A DNA stretch of 63,074 nucleotides, counting the filler, from Octopus bimaculoides (taxonomy: Eukaryota), in the NCBI RefSeq assembly GCF_001194135.2. It is 6 parts of 6 records of this genome, joined end to end, with 100 filler letters (N's around TTAATTAATTAA, not from the genome) between each part and the next. Parts side by side here need not be neighbours in the genome. Positions count along the whole stretch, not along the records: positions 1 to 7,656 come from NC_068984.1; positions 7,757 to 18,662 come from NC_068996.1; 4 more parts are not named here. One strand, written 5' to 3'. This document shows, piece after piece, positions 1 through 12,489 of this stretch (position 1 is the first letter of the stretch; each line of letters begins with the position of its first letter). Made by a program: the position numbers and the translations under genes. The notes beneath the pieces were generated by a model that saw only the letters and a program-made list of their open reading frames with translations, was not told where the DNA came from and did not search any database.

Positions 1-265
1 TCAGGTGTCTCTTAATAGATTCCCTGAAGTCTAGGGATGCCTGTGAGTTCTGGAGTTTGGCGGAGTCGAAGCGTCGGTAAGGTATGTTTGATGAGACCCG
101 CTTTGGTGTTCGGTAGATCTTGATGTCAAGGCGAGAAATAAGAAGGCGGTGATCCGTCCAGTAGCCATCTGCACCAGGCATGGAGCGGGTGATGCATACA
201 TCTCGTCTGTCCTTGAATCTTGTCAGAACGTAGTCGAGGATGTGCCAGTGTTTAGACCGTGGGTT
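1..265 (-). mobile_element. RTE-clade LINE fragment, C-terminal half of AP-endonuclease
   Basis: Manual minus-strand translation NPRSKHWHILDYVLTRFKDRRDVCITRSMPGADGYWTDHRLLISRL matches the HPRSKHWH-LDY...WTDH motif of RTE endonucleases; runs off the window edge. Confidence 0.85.
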
Positions 266-401
266 GTCTTTTATCGGGTCCAAACAAACTGCAAAAAAAA
301 ACTTATACGGAAATACGAAAACTCGTTAATTAAAAAGAAAAACTGGAACATTGTTGTGTTTTTTAATTTTAGATAGGTAGGTAGATAAATAGATAGATAC
401 A

Positions 402-432
<31 letters not shown>

Positions 433-1699
433 GCCCCAGAATGGCTGCAGTCCAATGACTAACACATGTACAAAGATATATATGACAGGATTCAACTGCT
501 TACATTTCGCTCACTAATCAACACGAAACTATCAATATTATCAAAGAAGCTTACGCACGGTGCCACCCATTGAGACTGAACCCAAAACGACAAGGAAGTG
601 AATTGAAGTTCTTAACCAGACAGGGTTGCTTGCGATCAAGTGAATATAAAATGTAAAAAATAAAGCTTTCTTTTATAATTTTCTTGTTTCTTATATAAAT
701 AAATTTTATGTATATCCACGTTCTAAAATGAACATCCTTACAATAATGTAATTAGAAAAAAAATAACAAAAACATTCAAAATTATTTTTAAAAAAAGACA
801 TTAAAACAATCAGATCTACAAAAGGGAAATATCCTTTCCACTTGGAATAAATAGACACTGTCTGAATGAAGCAGTAAGTGGTTGGAAGAAGTTAACTATT
901 ATTTATTCCTAATAAGAAGTATGTCGTGAAAATTATAACATTCGTTGTTGAACTAGTGTAACACTGTCCAGTACGCCCACATATGTAATTGCAGCCGGCA
1001 AAGTTTTCCAAATAAAATAGGAATTGCATTAAAAAAACGAATATATTGGAAGAACTTTTTGTATGCGTTTCAGATGATATCCCGAGAGACAAAGGAATTG
1101 GTAATTAAATACATCCCACATCCTTTACATTACACCAACATTTATTGTTAATGTTTTTTGTTGTTGTTTTTTTTTTAATAATATATGCCGTTTACGATGG
1201 ACAAATTACCTTCGTAAATAGCACCTTTGAGAAAGACATGTAAAAACCGAGAATTTCTGATGCTATCCGTTAATGAATTGTTACAAAAGAAAGAAAGAAA
1301 GAAAGAAAGAGCACCGTATAAAAAAGTCTGTAAACCTCAGAAACGCATAAAAAGGAAATGTGAATCGAGAAAATATATTTAAAACGGTTCTTCTTCTTTG
1401 TAGCTGGTTTGGTCTGGAGGCTATCTGAAATCGAGGAGATTGACAAATCTAGGTTTATTTGGTCAGGCAAAATATCGCTTCTTCTCTGATTGGCTATTTG
1501 ATAAAAACTAAACAACTAAGCAAACTGTGTTTTTTTGATACCATACTTTTGTAAATGTTGTTTCAATGTCGTTGAAATATCAGCGGGGTTGGTGAATATA
1601 TGTATGTGTGTGTGTGTTTAAAATGACTTTTAAATATAGTCTAGGCTGTGTAACAGTCACCGTGGCATCAGTGTAACTGGCGAATATATAAGTACTAGA

Positions 1700-2075
1700 G
1701 AGTTAACCTTCATATTACGGTTAACTTTGGAAGTATAATTTTGTCACCATAGATAATTTGAAGGAAATGTAGCATACTTTTCCACATTGAGAAGTCACAG
1801 TTCCGGTATTACGAACAAGTGATTACAATGAAAGAATCGCAAGGCGGATTCTTCAAGCTGAGTCAACTGGCAGAAGACCTAGTGGTACACCAAGAACGAG
1901 GTGGTCGGATAATATCCTTAATCTCAGTTTGTCACGCTTGGGAATTCGGCTGGAAATGATAACGACGGTTGCTTCTGACAGAGCCATACGGATGAGGTAC
2001 AAGAAGGCTCTACCCACCACCCACGACACTCCCAAAAATAGTGAACGGGGAAGAAAGATGGATGGCTGCATATTC
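1700..2075 (+). mobile_element. RTE-clade LINE, decayed 3' end
   Basis: Frameshifted translation LFHIEKSQFRYY..ERIARRILQAESTGRRPSGTPRTRWSDNI resembles the RTE ORF C-terminus (G-R-RG-PR-RW). Confidence 0.7.
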
Positions 2076-2197
2076 TATACATACAATAATTATAGTTTAA
2101 CTTTCACCATATGTCTTGGTGCCTATACAAAGTGATAAAATAAATACTGATTTTGAAAAGAAAAATATTTATCATCTCGTTATTATTNNNNNNNNNN

Positions 2198-2242
<45 letters not shown>

Positions 2243-2574
2243 CCTCCCCCATCTTTTTATACGATGTAACGTGTGACTGGAAAATTCAACCAACCAATGT
2301 TTGTATCGGTTGTTATATATTTAAGCTTCCAGGTTTATTTTTTTCCTTATGACCTATCTAATTATGTTCAATATATAAGTGTAATTCCTAATCAACCCTA
2401 GTTTAATTAACAATTAATTAACCAATAGTTTAATTTATGATGTAAATGAAGTTAAAGGTCATTTTCAATGAGGGGACATTTGTTGATCCCCACTGACAGC
2501 TAAAATGTCATTTCTCGTGGCTCACAGAAATATATTTGGCGTAACAATAAAGGGTTCTGATTTAAACAGCAAAC

Positions 2575-2990
2575 CAATAATTTTAAGGAAGAGTATTAGT
2601 CGATACCACTGACCCCAGTACATAACTGGTACTTTATTTTATCAACCCTAAAAGGATGAAAGACAAAAGTAACCTCAACGGGATTTGAACTGAGAACATA
2701 AGGAACTGGAAAAATACTACAAAGTATTTTAGCGATGCTCAAACGATTCTGCCAGTTCACAGCCCTACCATAATTGCTTCTTATTTAGGCACAAGATGAG
2801 CGATTTTTAGGAGCGATGATTTAGCTGTCGATACCATCAACCTCAGTACTTTACAGGTACTTTATTTTCTAAACCCCGAAAGGATGACAGATAAAGTTAA
2901 CCTAAGCAGGATTTGAACTCAGAATGTAAATAGCTGGCTTGAAATGTCTCAAAACATTTTTTTCTGACGCTCAAACGATTCTGCTAATCA
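2575..2990 (-). mobile_element. Two tandem copies of SINE family A
   Basis: Each copy has the aaggatgaaagRcaaagt..cctc..cggRatttgaactcagaa block seen in more than 15 copies in this window; degenerate A/B-box-like head. Confidence 0.75.
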
Positions 2991-3489
2991 TTGTCTTTTC
3001 TTTTTTCTTTTTTAAGAAAATAATAATTATTGTATATATCCAGGGAGAGTTTATAATTTCCGTTACAAATTTTTAACCAGAAACTGATAAACGTTTTCGT
3101 AAGATCCACAAATTATAAGTTGTTTTGTGAATCGAATCATACTTTCAATGAAAATAAATGTCAAACCAACGCTCACTGAACATCAGAAAAAAAAACTAAC
3201 AGAAAACTGCATTGAATAACAACTACACTACTTTCAAAGTTACGTTGATTCAGGACACTTCTGAAATTCATGTTATAGTTTTTATACATCTTCCATGACA
3301 GTTTAAAAGCTGGGGGGGGGGGGTTGTAGTGGTGGTAGTGATGATGTTTATGTGTAAGTTTGTGTCTGCGCGTGTGTCTGCGTGTATGTCTTTTATTTTT
3401 CTGGGATAGTTATCGATATCTGTTTACCATTATTAATTTTAGTCTACGGCAGACAATTTACAGAATCGTTAATGTGAGACAAAATGCCT

Positions 3490-3900
3490 TGCAGTATTTC
3501 TTCCGGTTTCATGACGTTCTAGGTTCAATTCCTGCCGCAGTTAACTTTGCCTTGATTTTTCCGTGGTCGATAAAATGAAGAAGTACCGATCAATTACTGG
3601 AGTCAATTGTATCGACTAACTCCTCCCACTTAAAATTTACTAGTCTTGTACCTAAACTAAAAACCATTATTTGTTTTGCTGCAAGGCAGTATGCTGCGCT
3701 AGAAGAATCATGAGAGTGTCGAACAAAACGCTTTACAGGCTTTCTTCCTGCCACGTTCTGATTTCAAATCCCGCTGAGGATCATGTTCGCCTTTTATCCT
3801 TATGGGGTCGTTAAAATAAAGTACTTGTCAAGTACTGGGATTGATGGCATTGATCAATACTCTTTCCACCAAAACTGCTGTGTATCTAAATCAGAAACGA
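3490..3900 (+). mobile_element. Two degraded tandem copies of SINE family A
   Basis: ggttcaattcc and ttcaaatccc B-box-like motifs, each followed by a ttt(t)atcct...ggtcg...aagtac block. Confidence 0.6.
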
Positions 3901-4023
3901 ATTATTTTAGTTAAATGAGGTTCCTCTTCAGATCCAGAAGATATTTCCTTCTTCAAAGGTGCTGATTCTAGAAAAATCACAAAAATATACCCCTATGTTA
4001 ATATACTGTTTACCCACTAGAGT

Positions 4024-4408
4024 TGTTGTTGGTACTCCGTCGCTTACGACGTCGAGGGTTCCAGTTGATCCGATCAATGGAACAGCCTGCTCGTGAAATT
4101 AACGTGCAAGTAGCTGAGCACTCAACACACACGTGTACCCTTAACGTAGTTCTCGAGGATATTCAGCGTGACACGGTGTGACAAGGCTGACCCTTTGAAA
4201 TACAGGTACAACAGAAACAGGAAGAAGGAGTGAGAGAAAGTTGTGGTGAAAGAGTACAGCAGGGTTCGCCACCATCGCCTGCCGGAGCTTCTTGGAGCTT
4301 TATGTGTTTTAGCTCAATAAACACTCACAACGCCCGGTCTGGGAATCGAAACCGCGATCCTATGACCGTGAGTCTGCTGCCCTAACCACTGGGCCATTGC
4401 ACCTCCAC
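4024..4408 (-). mobile_element. Full-length tRNA-headed SINE (head H1 + tail X) with 12-bp TSD
   Basis: A-box TGGCCCAGTGG and B-box GGTTTCGATTCC on the minus strand; direct repeat ACCCACTAGAGT at 4012-4023 and 4409-4420; homologous to 10212-10592. Confidence 0.9.
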
Positions 4409-4549
4409 ACCCACTAGAGTAATTCAGACATAACNNNNNNNNNNNNNNNNNNNNNNNNNNNNNNNNNNNNNNNNNNNNNNNNNNNNNNNNNNNNNNNNNN
4501 NNNNNNNNNNNNNNNNNNNNNNNNNNNNNNNNNNNNNNNNNNNNNNNNN

Positions 4550-4661
4550 GGGTTCAGTTTCACAGTGTGACACCTTGGGCAAGGGTCTTGCACTGTAGCC
4601 TCGGGCCGACCAAAGCCTTGTGAGTGAATTTGGTAGACGGAAACTGAAAGAACACCGTTAC

Positions 4662-4718
<57 letters not shown>

Positions 4719-4915
4719 GTGCTTGTCCCCCACCACCGCTTGACAATCAGTGTTGGTTTGTTTACGTCCCCGTAAGTTTGTGGTCAGTGAAAAGGCATCG
4801 AAAGAATAAATACCAGGTTTTAAAAACAAGTACTGGGATCGATTTTAATTCGGCTAAACACTTCAAAGCGGTGCTCCAGCATGGCTGCAGTCCAACAACT
4901 GAAACAAATGAAAGA
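4550..4915 (+). mobile_element. SINE family B (internal microsatellite), 5' end in gap
   Basis: ccttgggcaag..gcctcgggccgaccaaagccttgtgagtgaatttggtagacggaaactgaaag, then (TG)n, then gcggtgctccagcatggctgcagtc tail, shared with about 10 other copies. Confidence 0.85.
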
Positions 4916-6143
4916 TAAAAGGCATTCTTACTTTATCTAAACTGTCGTCAAAAGCAAATCCTTCACCTGACAGGTCAAATTAAATCCACTCCTAATACTT
5001 CACAGTTTCCGGTTTTCCATCGCGTTTCCCTTTTTCTAAACTGTTACAACAGCCACTGTCCCCTACACTAAAAAACTTGCTTGTGCTTCTTTTGTGATCC
5101 CTCTGAAAAACAGTACCAAGGTTTTTTTGTATTTCAAAAATTGCCAAATTTTATTTCTCAGCACCGTTAGCCTTCTGAAATTTCATCACTATTTATGATT
5201 CTTGCTTCCTTACAACAAATCTGGGTATTAACCCATTACCTATCAGTGATCTCAGATGAGATGACTTAAAAATTACGAATTTCGTAATTATCTGTCAATA
5301 TTTACACATATCTAACCTTTTTGCTATATCTACTAGGTATATTTCTCTGATATTGAAATGAGGTTTGCTAATTTTTCACCGAATATCTCGCTTATTTCTA
5401 TTTGAAATGTTATTTTGAAATGTTATTTTGATCATTCCAGCGTGTTTCTAAGGCTGTTTTATGCTAGAAATCAAAGTTTCATAAAAAAAAATTCCAGTTA
5501 ATAGAATTATGGGAGGTAATGGGTTAACTAGATTAACCTTTCTAAATATCCTTTTCACATATCTAAGATACTTTGAAAATTCTATAGTAACTATATCTCT
5601 CTGCAGGTAAATGATAATCCTTTCAACTATATACACAAAGAAAATTATGTTGGGGGAGCTAGTCGATTTCATCGATACCAGTGTTCAACTGGTACCTATT
5701 TTATCGAACCCAAAAGGATGAAAGGCAAAGTCGACCTCGGCAGAACATGAGCTAGGAAGAAATGCCGCAAAACATTTTGTTCGACGTGCAAATGTTTTTG
5801 CCAGCTCGCCACCTTTACAAGTGAATTATGATTTCAAATTTTGACACAGAGCCAGCAACTTTGGGGGAGGGGGTGAGTCGATTACATCGACCCCAGTAGT
5901 CGACTGATACTTATTTTATCGACCCTGGAAGGATGAAAGGCAAAGTTAACATTAGTGGAATTTGAACTTAGAATATGAAGAAGGACGGAATGTCGCCAAG
6001 CATTTTGCCCAGCTCGCCACCTTACAATAGTTTCACATTTTGGCACAAGGCCAGCAATTTCAAGAAAAGGGCTGAATTGATTTCAGCGTTGTTCAATTGG
6101 CACTTAATTTATGGACTTCGAAAGGGGGAAAGGCAAAGTCGAC

Positions 6144-6291
6144 ATTATTTATAATTATTTACAATTGACGGATATTTGTCTTCATCTTGTTTGTTGTTAA
6201 CACAGCGTTTCGGCTGATATATCCTCCAGCCTTCATCAGGTGTCTTGGGGAAATTTCGAACCTGGATTCTCATTCCTAAGGTATTTTTCGA

Positions 6292-6329
<38 letters not shown>

Positions 6330-6399
6330 TCATTGCGTGGAATCGAACTCGGAATCTTGGGGTTAGTAGCCTGTGCTCTTAACCACTACACCATATGCC
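6144..6399 (-). mobile_element. tRNA-headed SINE carrying a hammerhead ribozyme motif, nested in a family A SINE
   Basis: A-box TGGTGTAGTGG (6393-6383), B-box GTTCGATTCC (6348-6339), internal (AAT)n, HHR at 6244-6199; splits family A at gtcgac|cttgg with at most a 4-bp CGAC duplication. Confidence 0.8.
6199..6244 (-). ncRNA. Minimal type I hammerhead ribozyme motif (U16.1 to C variant)
   Basis: GACAC-CTGATGA-A-GGCTG(gaggatatat)CAGCC-GAAAC-GCT-GTGTT: stem I GACAC/GTGTT, intact CUGAUGA, 5-bp stem II, GAAA; cleavage triplet reads GCU instead of GUH. Confidence 0.75.
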
Positions 6400-6759
6400 C
6401 GACCTTGGTGGAATTTGAACTCAAAGCGTTAAGACGGAAGAAATGCCGCTAAGAATTTTGTCCGATGTGCTAACGATTCTACCACTCGCCGCCTTTTGCA
6501 GTTGAATAATAATCCTTTCAACTATAGGCACAAGGCCTGAAATTTTGGGGGAGGGGCCTAGTCGATTACATCGACCTCAGTGTTTCACTGGTACTTAATT
6601 TACTGACCCCGAAAGGATGAAAAGCAAAGTCGACCTTGGCGGAATTTGAACTCACAGCGTAGCGACGGGTTAAGCATTTCGTCCAGCGTGCCAACGATAC
6701 TGCCAGCTCGCTGCTTTATTGCAGTTGAATAATAATTAAAAACTTTGACTATAGACACA

Positions 6760-7172
6760 AGCATAGTGGTTTTGTTAAGAAGTTCGTTTCGCAGCCATGT
6801 AGTTTCGTGTTCAGTCCTACTGCACCGTGCCGTAGAAGTGTTTTCTACTACAGCCCTGGGCCGAATAAAGGTTTGTAAGTGAATTTTGTAGACAGAGACT
6901 GTGAGAAACTCGTCAGATATATCCTTCTGTACCAATATGTGTGTGCACTTGTGTGTGTGCGCGCGTGCAAGCGTGTGTGAGTCTTTGCGGTTGTGTCGTC
7001 ATCGCTTGACACCCGGGATTGAATTGTTTACGACCCGTAAATTAGTAGTTCGGCAAAAAGGGGCTGATAAATAAGTACCAGACATAAAAAAAGAAAAAGT
7101 ACTAGGTCGATTTGTTCGACTCACCGTACCAGAGGGTACTTCAGTATGGCCACAGTCCAACAACTGAAATGA
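6760..7172 (+). mobile_element. SINE family B, near full length
   Basis: Degenerate tRNA-like head, family B body, internal (TG)-rich tract and atggccacagtccaacaactgaaa tail. Confidence 0.8.
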
Positions 7173-9489
7173 ATTTTTTAAAAATGCACGAGTAAAAGTG
7201 TATAATACTATTTCTACTATTTCTACCACAGAAATTGGTTATTTTCAATATACTTTCTAACTGACTTCCTCTTCAATTTGGTGTTATGCTGATAACTCTT
7301 AATGATGCTAAATAGTTTTAAAATAAAGACGAGTTTTAAAAGACCAACAGTAAATGGAGTTATATCGTATCATAAACGTTAAGTTCTTGAAATGTGTTCA
7401 GTGAATTCATCTGATGACCTAACGACAGCTCATTACTTGAATGATACATTCCACTAGCTTTACGTACGTGATACTTAAGACAGGTTTAGCTCTTCAATTT
7501 TGAATCGATCGATACACGGAAATTTGTACCCAGATTAATTAGAAGAGCTTCCGGTTCATCAAACATTTACCTCGCCAGCAAGTTTTCGTGAAATCTTGGT
7601 CAGTGTCAAAGTTTTAAACAGAAACGCTTATCGTGCAGCAAAAAAATATATTTACTNNNNNNNNNNNNNNNNNNNNNNNNNNNNNNNNNNNNNNNNNNNN
7701 TTAATTAATTAANNNNNNNNNNNNNNNNNNNNNNNNNNNNNNNNNNNNNNNNNNNNATGTATACGTACATGTATAAATAAGCATACATCTTTGTGCGTGT
7801 GTGTGTGTGCGTGCGTGTGTATGTGAGAGAGAGAGAGAGTAAATACACACTGCTCTCTCACCCTGTCTCACACACATACACACGCACACATACATCCAAA
7901 AATGATGGATGCATATGACAACACACTCCTTGACTCACTCACACTCTGTCTCTTACAAACACACACATACATAAATGTATACAAACTTATTTACAAAGAC
8001 ACACGGGTGTATGCGCGCGTACGCGTGTGTGCTGTGTGTGTGTGTGTGTGTGTGTGAGAAAGACACAGACAGAGAGACAGAGACGGAGAGAGAGAGAGAG
8101 AGACAGACAGAGAGATAGAGAGACAGAGCCAGTGAAGGGGTGTGTCGACAATTATACGTACATACATAAATAGTCATACATTTCTTCTACGTATGTGTGA
8201 GTGTGTGTGAGAGAGAGAGAATCACTGAAACATCTCTCTGTCTCTCTCTCTCTCACACACACACACACACGTGCAGATATACACACAGAAAAGATGTATG
8301 CATATGTATTTATGTATGTACGTAGACATCACAACACACCCCTTCACTCACACACATACANNNNNNNNNNGGAAATTAACGAAGTGTGCTAGTTCGGAAC
8401 GAAATCAAACCTGGAGTGTGTGAATGAGAGAGAGAGAGAGAGAGAGAGAACATTGCAAAGAATGAATGAGATGAACATGGAACGCCCAAAAACCGTATAA
8501 ATAAAAGCACGTTAAAAAGTATCTTGTACGGAATATTGAAATCTATGAACTTCGTAAATATGTGTTTCAGTAATTGATCGTAGTTGTTTACAGAAAGCGA
8601 ACATTAAAAGTAGAGTGAGAGACGTCGCCGTTTTTTCACGTCCGTACCGGAAGTTGACATTGAGAAACTTTTTTAAAGAAGTGAATCTTAAATATAAAGC
8701 AATATTATTTATTTTTAATTAGAGATAAAAAAAAAAATCAAATGAAGAGCCTAAGATTTATCCGAGGTCAAATTATTCATGTATGACAAGTATGGAAGTA
8801 AATGTTGAAGCCGTTTTCACCTGATAAGCGATTACACACACATCTCTGTTTTATATATAGTATAGATAAAACGGAGAAAGAGTCTTACAGTCATGCTGCC
8901 AGTTTTGATTAGACTACATGATAAATATTACGGGACATCGTGAATGGATACAAACAGCGACAATGAATGTTGCATAAAAATACGATAAACTGGAAAAGTA
9001 GTGAGTCGTTGGTGTGCCTGTATATTTGTGAGTGCGCGCGCGCGCATTTTTGTTTCCTGTTTTTAATTATTGGAAATCTTCCTTTATGGAAAGACCAGCT
9101 TTCTATCAATGGTATAACGCTCTGTCGTAGAAATGTAGATGACAAAGCAAAAATTCACATTTTGAACTTGAGAAAGTCTTGCAGACTTTTATTGTTCCGC
9201 TTACAGATTGTATTTGTTATATACGTGTAAACTGGATGATTTCTTTTGCTGAAGACTCTAGATTATCAATTTTCATCACTAAGGCATCTGTGCACAAAAT
9301 CAAGTGCACCAATTATTATTGTTATAAATGTGAATTTACAATTTGGATATAAAAGCATGAAGTTTCAAAGTAGCTGTTCGTAATTACCTTCTTTCTCTTT
9401 TACTTTCAAACAGTTATTCACATCAGCGAGTAACTGATCTCTTTAATGATACACACACAATTTCTCTTCTCGGTCACAAATAACTATAT

Positions 9490-10060
9490 CCGTTCTGTTT
9501 ACACTGAGTAGAAACTTTGATGAGAATGTTCTACCAATATTCCTTCTAATGGTGTTTACGTATTATGTGTTGACGTATTCAGTAACAGAGGTGGGGTTCT
9601 TTATACTTAATCGAAGACAGCCTGCTTTTTGGATAACATTGTATATTATTTTTGTGACAACGTCATCTCGTATTCGGAGGTATTAACTTGATGACATTTT
9701 TGGGCGGCTGCTGATCACATGTGTGATGTCTTCTACAGAAATGTAACAGAATCTAGATTTTCGCTTGCATCTTGGAACCACAAATGACTCACTGCTTCTT
9801 TGGTTTATCAGGTATTATATAGCAATCTTCTGTTCTTGGATTACAAATGCAAAGCCTTCGAAGTAAGATGTATACAGTGGTCGAAAGCCCAAGAAAGACT
9901 GCACTTCATATCGATATCACTGTCTTCTTCAAGTCTTCGGGAAATGTACTCACGTGGACTCCTTTTTTGAGTATGATGAGTATTTCACATCCAAGTCTTC
10001 TTTGAGGTATACTGGCTTAGCTGTTTTGGGGTCTTAAGGTACATCGTGCTAGTGGCTACA
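9490..10060 (-). mobile_element. R4/Dong-like (RLE-type) LINE fragment: zinc knuckle and start of RLE
   Basis: Frameshifted translation FAFVIQEQKIA..YLINQR, RFCYISVEDITHVISSRPKMSS.YLRIRDDVVTKIIY, EYW*NILIK fits the C-x2-C..HI.SGC..RHD.V pattern of R4-clade ORFs. Confidence 0.7.
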
Positions 10061-10211
10061 TGTGTTCACGAAAGCGAGTGAAGTGGGAGATAAGGTTATT
10101 ATAACAACTTGTAAATAGTTTGTGACGTCTACTATTTATTTATTTATTTATTTATTTATTTATCTGTTTTCACTTCCGTAAATTATATTATTATTTATAT
10201 TATTCCATCTT

Positions 10212-10592
10212 AGTGAAGGCGCAATGGCCCAGTGGTTAGGGTAGCGGACTCGTGATTGTAGGATCGCGGTTTCGATTCCCAGACCGGGCGTTGTGAGTGT
10301 TTATTGAGCAAAAACACCTAAAGCTCCACGTGGCTCCGGCAGGGGATGGTGGCGAACCCTGCCATACTCTTCCACCACAACTTTCTCTCACTCTTACTTC
10401 CTGTTTCTGTTGTACCTGTATTTCAAAGGGTCAGCCTTGTCACACTGTGTCACGCTGAATATCCCCGAGAACTACGTTAAGGGTACACGTGTCTATGGAG
10501 TGCTCAGCCACTTGCACGTTAATTTCACGAGCAGGCTGTTCCGTTGATCGGATCAACTGGAACCCTCGTCGTCGTAACCGACCGAGTGCCAG
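10212..10592 (+). mobile_element. tRNA-headed SINE (head H1 + tail X)
   Basis: Near-identical to the reverse complement of 4024-4408; A and B boxes present. Confidence 0.9.
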
Positions 10593-10882
10593 AGAATATT
10601 TCACCTTATTTCATTTTATTCTATTTTCACATTTGATTATAGTTATTTTATTTGGCTTTGTTTTTGTTTTCGATATCAACTCTTGCATATGTGTGTGAAT
10701 GCTTTTTCGCATGTGTGTGTAGTGATGAGGGGAGGAGGCCGTGCGTACGAGCGTGTGTGCTTCTGTTAGTATAGGCTGTAGCAGCCGTGATGAAAATATA
10801 TACGTCTATTTGTGTAAACGAGTATCCGTACGTTCCACCGTATTAGTTTATGGTCCAACATTCTTATCCCAAGCAACAACAC

Positions 10883-11195
10883 CAGTGGTTCTTTATCGGG
10901 ATCCATATAAGATTTTGGGGGGTTCGCACAAGCAAAATAGTAAATTGGGTTCACAATAGTATTTTATGATTCCATGAAAAAATTGTGCTTTGGATGTTTT
11001 TGCTGCAAGAAACAGCTAGATTTTTTTATCTGATGTTTCGCATTGTTCTGCCTACACAAGAGAATGCGGGATGAACAAAATGGGAATTTTGAAAGAAGTA
11101 TCTAGAAGCTAGTTTTCAAACATCGATTGGCATTGGGGGTCCACCAGAATAAAATAGAAATCAAGTGGGCCCATAGATAAAAAGAAGGTGTAGGC
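10883..11195. mobile_element. Degraded hAT-type MITE
   Basis: Begins CAGTGGTTCTT, a typical hAT/Charlie TIR start; ggtccac..gggcccatagataaaaagaagg at the right end resembles the other terminus but is decayed. Confidence 0.45.
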
Positions 11196-12080
11196 TATCG
11201 TTTCTTACCTTCACTATTGGTACCACTAGGGCCGTTGCCGCCGTCACCACTACCATACCCCGGCTTCACTTCCATTGCCAAAAATATACTTCACTGCCAC
11301 CACCACCACCACCTCCAACACCTATAGCAGTAAGACAATTATTTGTTTCTATTTTTATCACCACTCAATTCACCAACGGCACCATCGCCATCAACTCCGA
11401 CAGCTTTTCTTCCTTGATAACCACCCGAGGCACCAACACTAAATCAGCCTTCAAGAATTTTCATACACCATCATCATCACAAACACCATCATCACTAACA
11501 CTATCACCACTGTCAACATCATCGATCACAACAACTCCCATTTTTACCTTGGTACGCCATTAAAAGACCTTACGATATCTTCCACTCCACCTGCTTCCGT
11601 CAATATATCCAGTCACTGATATGTTTTTCTCTCTCAATCTATGCATGTATTTCTAGGTTTTTAACCTTGGGTTTCTCTGTAACTAGTTAGTATAGCCACA
11701 GTATCTTTTATCGGGACCACGAGTGAAGCAGAAAATATTTTGCTGTACACACGGTCACTAATTAAATGGGCTAATACCAAGACTTCTAACATTGAGTTCT
11801 TTATTCCAAGTGACCTGACTACACTAAGTAGTTTAAACAATGCTTTACTTCTTCAAGCAGGCAACTGTTTGAATATGCAAACTAGAGAATGAATCTAACT
11901 TTTAAAATGATCTTGTCAAGTGATACACCAAAACTGTCATATTTATCGTTTCTTTTATCAGTACTTGTAACAGAAACTCCGCCTTCCAGTAAAAACACGA
12001 GCACCACCCACCAATTCGTCAATATGTATGTGGGGTTGTGGTGCATGTGTCTGCGTGCGTGCGTGCGTGCGTGAGTGCGT

Positions 12081-12130
<50 letters not shown>

Positions 12131-12489
12131 GGGGATTCATGCAAATTGTTCTCGTATTAATTTATTTATCAATTCATCAAGGTCGTGAACGAAATGAATA
12201 TGGATCTTTCATTATATAATCGTTGTTACATAGCCATTTTCCTCATTCGCGTTTATCAGCTTGTTAAATGATTTATCACCCATATGTATTTGAAACATTT
12301 GTAACAGGGAAATAAATGTGATGCCAGTACCGCCATTTTTCGCTTGTTATTTATACTCGGCGACTGAAGCGATTTCGTTTCTTTTTGTTTTTTGTCCTTT
12401 TCTTTTTTTTATGGTGGGGGAGATTTTCAGTTTGCGTGAAACAATTACTTTTACTGAAGAATTGTTCCTTTCTCTAAATACTGATAACC

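Larger units (their letters stand above)
5590..6750 (-). mobile_element. Head-to-tail array of about five family A SINE units
   Basis: gaaaggatgaaaggcaaagtcgacct and gccagctcgcc motifs repeat at roughly 200-bp spacing, all in one orientation. Confidence 0.8.

Noticed and set aside
1074-1100. 27-nt AG..GT micro-exon candidate (DDIPRDKGI)
   Set aside because: Splice dinucleotides alone are not evidence; no homology or partner exon.
4330-4408. tRNA-like sequences (also 6330-6399, 10212-10285, 23803-23870, 32468-32540, 32962-33035)
   Set aside because: They are SINE heads continuing into shared bodies, with no complete acceptor stem.
5590-6750. Regularly spaced repeats as a CRISPR-like array
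   Set aside because: Units are about 200-bp diverged SINE monomers with no unique spacers; eukaryotic context and no cas genes.
7657-7756. TTAATTAATTAA flanked by 44 N on each side, repeated at 18707, 39521, 46215 and 55439
   Set aside because: Always a 100-bp cassette with stops in all six frames: an assembly spacer, not biology. Adjacency across these points is uncertain.
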